From the NCBI GenBank assembly GCA_017642535.1, contig JAGCOW010000042.1, positions 777-64,776 of the forward strand: 64,000 bases of DNA, given 5' to 3'. The position numbers and the translations under genes were made by a program. Source of the stretch: Bacteroidales bacterium. GTDB lineage: Bacteria; Bacteroidota; Bacteroidia; Bacteroidales; UBA1715. This document shows, in pieces, positions 19,601 through 28,144 of this stretch (positions are counted from its first letter, which is position 1; each line of letters opens with the position of its first letter). The notes beneath the pieces were generated by a model, which did not search any database, was not told where the DNA came from, and saw only the letters and a list, made by a program, of their open reading frames with translations.

Positions 19601-22600
19601 CCAAAATGCGAATTCCTTGTTAAGGCAAACAAGAGTATCTCTGGTTTCTATCGTATCGATGCAAAGGATTATTTTGGAACTGAAAAAGAAGGTACTGTTA
19701 CCGCAATCAATCTTACAACCTCATATCAAAAAATCTCTTTTGATTTGGCTATGACAGGTCTTGATAAGGCAGCTATTGCACAGGTAACATTCCGTTTCTT
19801 CTCAGACAAGGGTTCTCAGGCAACTGAATATGTTCCTACATTGATTAACGGAACACTTTCATTTGACTATATCTCTATCGGTAAACCATTATACTTGAGC
19901 AATTTCACTCCAGCAGTTGTGTTGGATACGAAATCAGGTATCGATGAGGATGGTTCATTCCAAGTTACAAGTTCTTGCGACGGATATGTGTTCACCGTTC
20001 GTGAAGATGTGAGTCCTCAATATTCGGCAATGGCTGCTGCGGTAGCTCTTGGCGAAGGTGCTTCGGCAGAATGTACTGCAGGAACTCCTGTAACTATTGA
20101 TATGTTAGGTCTGGGTTATGGTTACTTCACAACATACGCATATGACCCTATTACAGGTTCTGTATCGGCTAAGTATGGCTGTCAAGTGAAGGACGTTACA
20201 CCTCCTATATTTACAGAATACTATGCTGAACCAACTATCTCAAGAGATGGTATGTTGAACTTCACGGTTGATGAAAATGCAACTGTTTACATTTTCCCAT
20301 ACGATGAGTCAACAAATTATGCTACTGCTTCTTTGGACGATGCACCAGTATCATATCCGGTTAATGGTGGAGAACCATTTGTTGTAGATATGACATACTT
20401 GCCAGAGAAGGACTTCCCTTCAGGTTCTTACCTTATCATGGTTGCCGTTGATGGTTCAGGAAACCGTTCAACTGCGGTACCTCGTGATGGAATCTATATC
20501 GACAAGGTTGCTTTGACATTTACTGTTGACGCTACTGAATACGATGTAGGTGAGGAAATCAAAGTTAATGCGACTCGTACAGTGACTGCATACTTGGTTC
20601 CTTCTGATAAGGGTGCTACATATAAGAAGTTGACAGGTGCTAATTCACCTGCAGTTCTTACCGAAGCTTCAAATGCTTACGGAGGTGCTGTATTTGATAC
20701 AGATCAATTGACAATCACAGAAGCTTCCACATATTATGTATATGTAATAGATTTGGAAGAACAAGAATTGGCTGGTCCGTCGGCGTTGATTACCATTAGT
20801 CCTGTTGAACGTGTATTGACAAGCATTACAACTGATTTTGCAGATCAAACGTTGGCGTTGAGAGCAGGTTGTACGGGTAGAGAAGTTACGGTAACATTCG
20901 ATGATCCAAAATACAACGACAAAGAATTGTCATTCTCTGGAGCTGAGGGCATTGTTGACGTAGAATATGACAAGGCAAGCGGAACGCTTACTGTCACTGG
21001 TACGTCGGCTGGTACGGGTACATTGACGATTACATCAGTTCCTGTTCCTACAGTTAAGACAACGATCAACATCTCTGTAACTGCGGTTCCTGTTTCTATC
21101 GAAATTGAAGGTAACCCAATTATGGCACCAGACGAAGACCAAACATTGGTCGCTTCTATTCTTCCTGCTGACGCAAGTCAAGAAATTAGCTCTTGGAAAT
21201 CAAGCAATACTTCTGTTGCAACTGTCACAGGAGCAGGATTTGTTCAAGCAACAGCATTTGGAAACACTACAATTACTGTTACTGCGAAAACTGCAGGATG
21301 TTCCGGCACTGTAACGGGAACATTCGATATTACTGTTAAAGAAGCTGGTTTGTCGGCTATCAAATTATATTGTGAATCGGCTGGTGATGAAGTTGAAGAT
21401 GCTCAATCAGAGTATGTAATTGACATAAGAAATGGCGCCGCTGAAGATGATTATGGTTTGTATGTAGGCGACGACGAGGAAGGTAGCGAACCATTCCGTA
21501 TCGTTGTGGTACCAAGTTCGTATGTTGTAGATGAATTCACGGTTGAATCTGACAATGAAGATGTTGCTACGGCAGAAATAGAATATAACAACAGATTAAG
21601 ATATTGGTATGTAACTGTATATCCGGTTGGAGATGAAGATGCTGGTGTTGCTAATATCAAAGTGTATGCTAATGGTGATAAAACAGTTTATGGCACTATC
21701 AAAATCATAAACGGTGATGCTCCTTGTGATGCCGTTGCTCCAACTGCAAATGCAGTTACGGCTACTACTTGTGATAATGTAACATTGACTGCTACTGGTT
21801 CGGGTACAATTAAATGGTACGATGTTGCAACTGGTGGTTCTGCATTGACGACAGGTAAAAACTACGCTTTAGGTCAATTGGCTGCAGGTACATATACATA
21901 TTATGTATCGAGCGACAATGGAACATGCGAAAGTTCTCGTACATCGGTAGCTGTTACGGTATCAGCCGTTTCTGCTCCTACAACATCTGAAGCTCCAGCG
22001 GTAACTGCAACAACTGATGATGAAGTTGTTTTGGCATACTCTGGTTCGGGTACTGCAGTATGGTATGCTGCTGCAACAGGTGGTTCTGCATTGAAGACTG
22101 GTAACAGTTATAATGTAGGTCAATTGGCTGCAGGTTCTCATACATATTATGTTGCTAAGAAAGATGCAAGCGGTTGCGAAAGTACAGATCGTACTGCTGT
22201 AGTTGTAACAGTTTCTCAAGCTGCTTGTAAGACTGTTGCTCCAACTGCATCGGAAGTTCCTGATGTAACAGTTTGTGAAGGCAATGCTGCTACATTGAAG
22301 GCAACATTCTCTGGCTCTGCAACGGCAGTATGGTACGAAGCTGCAACAGGTGGTTCTTCTGTATTCGAAGGCAATACATTTGCTACAGGTCTAACTGCTG
22401 TTGGTTCTAAGACATATTATGTTGCTAAAATGGATGGTTGCGAAAGCGAATCTCGTACAGCTGTCGCTCTTACAATCACTGCGAAACCATCGGCTGTAAT
22501 CGCATCATCTATCCTTGATGAATATTGTGCTACTGTAGAATCAGTAACATTGGGTGCTACTCCAGCAACAGGTACTTGGTCAGGTACAGGTGTTACAGGT

Positions 22601-25600
22601 ACTACATTTAGTCCTAAGACTGCTGGTTCTGGCGACATCACGTTGACATACACGATTGGTGAAACTGGTTGTCAGAATGTATATACTAAGTCAGTTCACG
22701 TAACTGCTGCTCCAAGTGTGACAGTTACTGTTCCAACGACAATGTGTTCTGGCGATGCTGCCGCTACGTTGACTGCAAATCCTTCAACAGGTAAGTGGTC
22801 AGGTACTGGTGTAACAGGTTCTTCATTCGATCCTTCAAAAGGTTCTTCAGTTGTAACATATACATATACTGAAGGTTCTTGTGAAGTTGTAAAAACAGCT
22901 GAAATCACTGTAACAAGCAATCCTACTCCGGTAATTTCCGGTCTTGCAGAATCTTACTGTAGCGGTGATGCTGCTGTAACAATGACTGCTGCTCCTACGG
23001 GTGGTGCATTCAAAGTAAACGGCGTCGCAGCTACGTCATTCGATCCTGCAACTGCTACAGTTGGTGAAAACACTGTAACTTATACGGTAACAGTTGGCGG
23101 TTGCGAAGGTTCAAAAGACGCTACGGTAGTTGTTAAGGCGTCTCCTTCAATCGACTTGAGCGGTGTTTCTACTTCGGCTTGTGCTGGTGAAGAAATTACT
23201 CTTGCTCCTACAACTGGTACATGGCAAGGTACAGGCGTAAACGGAACGACATTCGTTTCTTCTACTGCCGATACTTATGAATTGACTTATACTGAAGTTG
23301 CTGACGGATGTTCTGCAAGTGCGACAGTTGATATCACAGTAACGAAAGCTACTGCTCCAACTGCTACTGCCGCTGTAGTTCAAATTGGTGACGCAGCTCC
23401 TGTATTGACAGCAACTGGTTCAGGAACAATCAACTGGTATGATTCTGAAAATGGTGCTTCAATTGCAACGGGAACTTCATTCACGACTTCGGTTTCAACC
23501 GCTGCTAAGTCAACAACTACATTCTATGTAACAAATACTGATGCAAACTGCGAAAGCGACAAGGTTCCTGTAACAGTAACAGTTACTGACTGTATGACTC
23601 CAGCTCCTACAATTTCTGATGTTGATGATGCGTGCGAAGGCGAGACAGTTACATTGAGTGCTACAGGTACAAGTGTTAAATGGTACGATGCAAGTGAAGA
23701 TGGAAACTTGCTTGGCGAAGGTGCTGATTTGGAAGTAACTGCAGCAGGTACGTATTTCGCATCTCAAAATGCTGGTACGTGCGAAAGTGCTCGTGCTTCG
23801 AAAGTTGTTTCATTCAAATCGAAACCAGCTGCTCCAACAGCAACAGGTGCTTCTTCTTGTGCTGGTGCTGAATTGGTTGCAATGACAACAGTTGAATCTG
23901 CTAACTGGTACGCTGCTCAAGATGGTGCAGCTCTTGCAACGGCTACGAAGTCGTTTGTACCGACAAATGTTACAGAAACAACAACATTCTATGTAAATCA
24001 AACAGTTGCTGGTTGTACTTCTGATTTCGCAGAAGTTACATATACGGTAAAAGCTACTCCTGCTGCTCCGACAACGACTGCTACTACTGCTTGTATCGGT
24101 ACAGACGCAGATTACAAAGTTTCGGCAACGGGTACAGGTTTACAATGGTACGATGCCAACAACTCACCACTTGGAACTGACGCTACACAAGCTGTTTCAG
24201 GTGTGACAACAGCTAAGGATTACTCTTATACAGTAACACAAACTGTTGACGGTTGTACGTCGGCTGCTGCTACGGCTACATTGACAGTAAAAGAATTGCC
24301 AACTCCAGAAATCACGCTTGACGCTGAATACTGCGTAAGCTCTGCTGTTGAAGTTCCTTTGGCTGCAAGCCCTATAGGTGGTTCATTCAAGATTAATGGT
24401 AATGCTGCTACGAGCTTCGTTCCAAGTTCACTTGGCGAAGGTACATTCACGGTAGGTTATTCATACACCGATGAAAACGGATGTACGGGTACAGCTCCTG
24501 AAGTATCGTTCATCGTTAAGGATTGTTCAGATCCTGCTGTAACTTCTGTAACATTGAACAAGTCAGACGTATCGTTGACAGTAGGTGACACATATTCTTC
24601 ATTCGTTGTAACAATTCTACCTGCTGAAGGTATCTACAACAAGACAGTTGCTTGGGAATCAAGCGACGAATCGGTTGTAACAGTATCTGCAAATGGTGAA
24701 CTTACAGCTGTTGGTGAAGGTACTGCTGTGGTAACAGTGAAATCTACCTATACTGAAGGTAAACAAGCTACTTGTAACGTATCGGTAGTAAAACAGATTG
24801 TTCCAGTATCAAGCGTAGCATTTGCCGCAGGTGTTCCAACATCGGTTGAATCAGGTGCTACTGTTGATCTTACACAATTTGTAACTATAAATCCTGAAGA
24901 TGCTACATCTCCGGAAATTGAATGGTCTGTATCTCCGGCAACAAGTGCTTCTATTGAAAATGGTGTATTGACAGCTGGATTTGTTAAGACAAATACAAAT
25001 GTTACTATTACAGCAACAGTAACCGCTGGTGGCGTTACTAAGACTGCAAATACAACAATAACAATTTTGAAAGGTCCTATTCCTGTAACGGCAATCACTG
25101 TAACTGCTCCACAATCAGTTCAAGAAAATGGTTCATTCAAGGCAACTGCTACGGTGACACCATCTGACGCTGACGATGCTACATACAAATGGTCAGTTTC
25201 TAATGCGAATGCAACTATTGACCAACAAGGTAATGTAACAGTAATTGGTAACTCAGGCGATTCATTCGATGTAATTGCTACGGCAAACGATGGTTCTGGG
25301 GTTAAAGGTCAGGTAACAGTTACAATTGTTGACCAAATCTTCCCAGTTGAAAGCGTTACAATTGCTGAGGGTGAATACACAGTAACTGAATCTGGTACAT
25401 TGGATTTGTCACCATACTTGTCTTACTCTCCATCTAACGCTTCTATTTCAAGCATTGTTTGGAAGACAACAAGTAGCTATGTAGATGTTGATGCAAACAC
25501 AGGTGTTGTTTCAGGTAAGTCAACTTCATCAAAACGTGAGGTTAATGTTACGGTAACAGTAACAACTGCTGACGGAACATCAAAATATGCTACGGTTAAA

Positions 25601-27175
25601 GTATTGTTGCTGAAAGATCCTAAATATGTATCTGCTATCACAATCGAAAGCAGCTTGAGCAAAGAAGCAAATTCTACATTCACAATGAAGAAAGCTGTGG
25701 TAACTCCAAGCGATGCCGACGATGTAACTTATACTTGGTCAATTAAGTCAGGTAAAGGTGGTACAATCGATCCTTCAACAGGTCTTGTAACAGTTACAGG
25801 TTCTGAAGGTGATCAATTTGTAATCGTTGCTACTGCTAACGATATTGAACATACGGTTTCTAACGAATGTACGGTAACAGTTTTGAAACAAACGATTCCT
25901 GTATCAGAAATCATTGCTTCTATAAATACTGTTGAAGTAACTGCTGGTGCTGCAAGTCAAACGATAGTAATTTCGTACGAACCTGCAAATACGACTCAGA
26001 CAGAATTTACGTTGAGACCAAGTTCAAGTATCTTCTCTTACGTTGACAACGGTGACGGAACAATTACAGTCACTGGTAACCAAGGTGGTACTGCTACATT
26101 GACAATCAAGTCAACATCGAATGCTTCAGTAATGAAGACGATTGAAATCAAAGTAACTGAATTGGTTAAGAGTATCGTAGTAAGTGGAAACACTTCTTTG
26201 AACGTAGGTGGAACGGCTCAATTGTCAGCAATGGTAGGCGAGTCAACAGCTTCGAACAAGGCAGTAACTTGGGCAACAAGCGATCCTAACATCGCTACGG
26301 TATCAGCAACAGGTTTGGTAACTGCACTTTCAGCAGGTATGGTTCAAATCACTGCAACTGCAGTTGATGGATCAGAAGTTGCTGGTTACACATACGTTAC
26401 TATCAACACGATTCCTGTAACGCAAATCACTGCAAGTGATATCTCTATCCAATCAGATCAATCGGCTACGATAAAAGCTACGATTTCTCCGACAAATGCA
26501 ACGAATAAGAATTTGATTTACACTGTTGGAGATGAAAGTATCATTACGGTTGACGCTTATGGTGTAATCACTCCGGTTGCTGAAGGTACTACTACGGTAA
26601 CAATTAGTGCTGCCGAAGACAATGTCTCTAAAGTAATCAGCGTAACAATTACTCCTGTTCGTGCTAACAAGGATTACTTGATTCAGTTGATAGAAAACGA
26701 GACATGGGGTGCTTACTCAATCTACTACAAAGTTCAAGATGGAACAATTAGAGTTGGAGCAGGCAAGGGATGTATTCCACAACTTGTATACAATGAATTC
26801 AGGGGTGCTTGGATGGACGCACAGGATGTTCGCTACGAAGAATTTGCTTCTCAAAGCAAAGTAGATGCCGCAGCTGACAGATTGTATAAGGCAATCATTG
26901 CAATGGGTGCTGATCCTGATCCAGATCCAAATGTAGCAGTTGAAGATGTAATCATCAATGCAAAGGTTTACCCAACGAAGGTTACAAATGTTGTGACAGT
27001 TGAGGCAGACAACATGATTTCAGTCAAAGTGGTTTCTGCAACAGGTAAGGTTGTTGCTCAAGAAGAAACTGCAGGCGACGCAATCGAAATCAACGCTGCT
27101 GGCTTTGCACAAGGTGTTTACAAAGTAATTGTTGAAACTCAAAACGGAACAGTTGTTAAGGGTTTTGTAAAATAA
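16601..27175 (+). CDS. Giant (3,524 aa) T9SS-sorted protein. An N-terminal GH8 domain is followed by CBM-like beta-sandwich modules, about 14 Cys-bracketed Ig-like repeats, about 10 BIG2 domains and a T9SS type A C-terminal domain.
   Basis: The signal is ..WWKHLLLLCVTLMGVVGFATA. GH8 hallmarks are SVSEGIAYGMLIAVYMD (putative acid Glu at 16880-16882), ATDADLDAAQALLMAYKQW (17066-17122, a near match to the GH8 signature) and YDAARIPWRMAQAYAWYGD. Many BIG2 units are present (e.g. VAWESSDESVVTVSANGELTAVGEGTAVVTVKS). The C-terminus, VYPTKVTNVVTVEADNMISVKVVSATGKVVAQEETAGDAIEINAAGFAQGVYKVIVETQNGTVVKGFVK, fits a T9SS type A CTD. Confidence 0.85.
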   Translation: MKTGITKMRKWWKHLLLLCVTLMGVVGFATAGPNYPFPNNYPYPYGTIYTGSDVQTKIQSLYTTWKAKYYEESGSEARVKFVSGGDNGSTSVSEGIAYGMLIAVYMDNATNNTQGMFDKLWAYYLANANSHGVMNWKVTGFTHQVAPPVSGNSNGATDADLDAAQALLMAYKQWGNQKYLTAAQTLIQNLWAYEVNNNKQLKPGDMFDDYKNPCYFITNAMKLFTQVKQLEGWSNSWDWNTVAQNCYGIMSKCANASTGLIPDWCYENGSLLNGIIDGKFESIFGYDAARIPWRMAQAYAWYGDTEAKGFASKITDWARSKYPNPNDIVDGFYLNGNPGDGNGPFTGSLSSWGSSKNPTFKAGLSIGSMVDSKYNSYRDLCWQYGAAAEAYGAYYTHTTQLLYMLCLTGNMPNFWDMNPVFLSAETNGAGTAVIVNFSKPISESSASSSTGKFTVTTYPTAEDAKNKTNGTTIPVSSASVSSKTVTLNMSAEIMDPYIFISYNGTTLKGTDDSQAATFEDKTVTNLITNMEPYPTARYTNQLGNEIYIAWSKDVKLSTAQSGFSVKVAGNAVAAPTVEYYTDSEGSDKSILALKWNEAIVTSPDVDITVSYTGGLTSTTGTRQAKPFTNAPVQNLYGAETCMSLYDYGESTGTERWEQMLSDISNKASEVEKSGSENAKVLYFNAGADERLTYALDIDNDADFDMWMGLLGSEDSRLVGRIYVESLGTSGEGLALFLLSGKASKPGYHDNNAAFPIKNLKTGQWFEFDIPLSENNGWYYNTYNSNEEYQAIWLSTWAPNGDGGYGETPSGTFKIYVDYLHICPKKSDVVAERGKVAFNGKQVELKFSTAMKIPTSTSAITIKEGSTSHAVTSIQAKDGDATVLIFNLEEPITSADAVITASLTQSSSAVKSVDGRPASVFDIDVANLLGMTTSTGWYDDFADASDYTTGNISSDGEYVGAPIEQAGNSQLNVSWDGSMTWAGSMILSTVGAGYVMDLTDNPKCEFLVKANKSISGFYRIDAKDYFGTEKEGTVTAINLTTSYQKISFDLAMTGLDKAAIAQVTFRFFSDKGSQATEYVPTLINGTLSFDYISIGKPLYLSNFTPAVVLDTKSGIDEDGSFQVTSSCDGYVFTVREDVSPQYSAMAAAVALGEGASAECTAGTPVTIDMLGLGYGYFTTYAYDPITGSVSAKYGCQVKDVTPPIFTEYYAEPTISRDGMLNFTVDENATVYIFPYDESTNYATASLDDAPVSYPVNGGEPFVVDMTYLPEKDFPSGSYLIMVAVDGSGNRSTAVPRDGIYIDKVALTFTVDATEYDVGEEIKVNATRTVTAYLVPSDKGATYKKLTGANSPAVLTEASNAYGGAVFDTDQLTITEASTYYVYVIDLEEQELAGPSALITISPVERVLTSITTDFADQTLALRAGCTGREVTVTFDDPKYNDKELSFSGAEGIVDVEYDKASGTLTVTGTSAGTGTLTITSVPVPTVKTTINISVTAVPVSIEIEGNPIMAPDEDQTLVASILPADASQEISSWKSSNTSVATVTGAGFVQATAFGNTTITVTAKTAGCSGTVTGTFDITVKEAGLSAIKLYCESAGDEVEDAQSEYVIDIRNGAAEDDYGLYVGDDEEGSEPFRIVVVPSSYVVDEFTVESDNEDVATAEIEYNNRLRYWYVTVYPVGDEDAGVANIKVYANGDKTVYGTIKIINGDAPCDAVAPTANAVTATTCDNVTLTATGSGTIKWYDVATGGSALTTGKNYALGQLAAGTYTYYVSSDNGTCESSRTSVAVTVSAVSAPTTSEAPAVTATTDDEVVLAYSGSGTAVWYAAATGGSALKTGNSYNVGQLAAGSHTYYVAKKDASGCESTDRTAVVVTVSQAACKTVAPTASEVPDVTVCEGNAATLKATFSGSATAVWYEAATGGSSVFEGNTFATGLTAVGSKTYYVAKMDGCESESRTAVALTITAKPSAVIASSILDEYCATVESVTLGATPATGTWSGTGVTGTTFSPKTAGSGDITLTYTIGETGCQNVYTKSVHVTAAPSVTVTVPTTMCSGDAAATLTANPSTGKWSGTGVTGSSFDPSKGSSVVTYTYTEGSCEVVKTAEITVTSNPTPVISGLAESYCSGDAAVTMTAAPTGGAFKVNGVAATSFDPATATVGENTVTYTVTVGGCEGSKDATVVVKASPSIDLSGVSTSACAGEEITLAPTTGTWQGTGVNGTTFVSSTADTYELTYTEVADGCSASATVDITVTKATAPTATAAVVQIGDAAPVLTATGSGTINWYDSENGASIATGTSFTTSVSTAAKSTTTFYVTNTDANCESDKVPVTVTVTDCMTPAPTISDVDDACEGETVTLSATGTSVKWYDASEDGNLLGEGADLEVTAAGTYFASQNAGTCESARASKVVSFKSKPAAPTATGASSCAGAELVAMTTVESANWYAAQDGAALATATKSFVPTNVTETTTFYVNQTVAGCTSDFAEVTYTVKATPAAPTTTATTACIGTDADYKVSATGTGLQWYDANNSPLGTDATQAVSGVTTAKDYSYTVTQTVDGCTSAAATATLTVKELPTPEITLDAEYCVSSAVEVPLAASPIGGSFKINGNAATSFVPSSLGEGTFTVGYSYTDENGCTGTAPEVSFIVKDCSDPAVTSVTLNKSDVSLTVGDTYSSFVVTILPAEGIYNKTVAWESSDESVVTVSANGELTAVGEGTAVVTVKSTYTEGKQATCNVSVVKQIVPVSSVAFAAGVPTSVESGATVDLTQFVTINPEDATSPEIEWSVSPATSASIENGVLTAGFVKTNTNVTITATVTAGGVTKTANTTITILKGPIPVTAITVTAPQSVQENGSFKATATVTPSDADDATYKWSVSNANATIDQQGNVTVIGNSGDSFDVIATANDGSGVKGQVTVTIVDQIFPVESVTIAEGEYTVTESGTLDLSPYLSYSPSNASISSIVWKTTSSYVDVDANTGVVSGKSTSSKREVNVTVTVTTADGTSKYATVKVLLLKDPKYVSAITIESSLSKEANSTFTMKKAVVTPSDADDVTYTWSIKSGKGGTIDPSTGLVTVTGSEGDQFVIVATANDIEHTVSNECTVTVLKQTIPVSEIIASINTVEVTAGAASQTIVISYEPANTTQTEFTLRPSSSIFSYVDNGDGTITVTGNQGGTATLTIKSTSNASVMKTIEIKVTELVKSIVVSGNTSLNVGGTAQLSAMVGESTASNKAVTWATSDPNIATVSATGLVTALSAGMVQITATAVDGSEVAGYTYVTINTIPVTQITASDISIQSDQSATIKATISPTNATNKNLIYTVGDESIITVDAYGVITPVAEGTTTVTISAAEDNVSKVISVTITPVRANKDYLIQLIENETWGAYSIYYKVQDGTIRVGAGKGCIPQLVYNEFRGAWMDAQDVRYEEFASQSKVDAAADRLYKAIIAMGADPDPDPNVAVEDVIINAKVYPTKVTNVVTVEADNMISVKVVSATGKVVAQEETAGDAIEINAAGFAQGVYKVIVETQNGTVVKGFVK

Positions 27176-27194
27176 TCCTCGACGATTGAAATAG

Positions 27195-27228
27195 AAAAGG
27201 GGGCTGTCCACTCGGGCAGCCCTTTTTT
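27195..27228 (+). terminator. Intrinsic terminator of giant gene 2
   Basis: GGGCTGTCC (27201-27209), loop ACTC, GGGCAGCCC (27214-27222), then TTTTTT. The architecture is the same as 13527-13559 and the sequence nearly so. Confidence 0.8.
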
Positions 27229-27314
27229 ATGTAGATATTTGGTTAATAAAAAACGTCCGCCAACGAATAGTCTCCCTTGTTTTTTGATACTTTTACTACG
27301 CTTTAACGAAGAAA

Positions 27315-28136
27315 ATGATGGTAAAGGATTGCGTTTCAAAAAAGATACTGAAGGATGGTTCGTTACTAGATGCCGAAACCGTCTCAATTCCTGAGGGTGC
27401 TGTGGTTATCTACGATGTGCTACGAGTGATGGAATCTGTTCCGTTGTTTGTGGAAGACCATTCTGCCCGTTTCTTCAAGTCATTCGATTTGTCGCACCGA
27501 AAACGCCCGTTTGCCGAGAATGTGTTTGCCGATTCTATTTGTACGTATATTTCACTGTATGGATTGAAAAATGGCAACGTGCGTTGCGTATATAGCATCT
27601 CTCCCGCAGACGAGACGCAATTTCTGGTGTATGAGATAAAGCATTCGTATCCCACAATTGAAATGTATGAAAACGGCGTTGTATGTGGCACCTTCGAGGG
27701 CGAACGTTCAAACCCCAATGTGAAACAAGAAGCTGCCGTAAAAAACAATGCATATAAGAAGATTGCCGAAACGGGCGTGTACGAAGTGTTGTTGGTTGAC
27801 AACGACCGCAATGTTACCGAGGGGAGTAAGTCAAATACGTTTTTTGTGAAAGACGATACCATTGTTACTGCATTGGCACAAGATGTTTTGTGTGGCATTA
27901 CTCGCTTGCAAATCATAGAATTGATTCATTCGTTACAAATCCCTTTGGTAGAACGAAAAATTGCCTTGTCGGAGCTTAAAAACTTCGATGCGGCATTTAT
28001 ATCGGGAACGTCGCCCAAAGTGCTTCCTATACGTCAAATTGAGGGAATCTCGTACCAAGTACCGAATCCTGTGGTGCGTCGTCTTGCCGAAGCATACGAT
28101 AAACAAATATCAGAATACATACAATCTCATAAATAA
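27315..28136 (+). CDS. Class IV (fold type IV) PLP-dependent aminotransferase (D-amino-acid / branched-chain / ADC lyase family)
   Basis: VTEGSKSNTFFVKDDTIVTA..VLCGITR..ELIHSLQIPLVERKIALSELKNFDAAFISGTSPKVLPIRQIEG matches the class IV aminotransferase C-terminal pattern. Specificity cannot be assigned by eye. Confidence 0.7.
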   Translation: MMVKDCVSKKILKDGSLLDAETVSIPEGAVVIYDVLRVMESVPLFVEDHSARFFKSFDLSHRKRPFAENVFADSICTYISLYGLKNGNVRCVYSISPADETQFLVYEIKHSYPTIEMYENGVVCGTFEGERSNPNVKQEAAVKNNAYKKIAETGVYEVLLVDNDRNVTEGSKSNTFFVKDDTIVTALAQDVLCGITRLQIIELIHSLQIPLVERKIALSELKNFDAAFISGTSPKVLPIRQIEGISYQVPNPVVRRLAEAYDKQISEYIQSHK

Positions 28137-28144
28137 ATAGAAAT

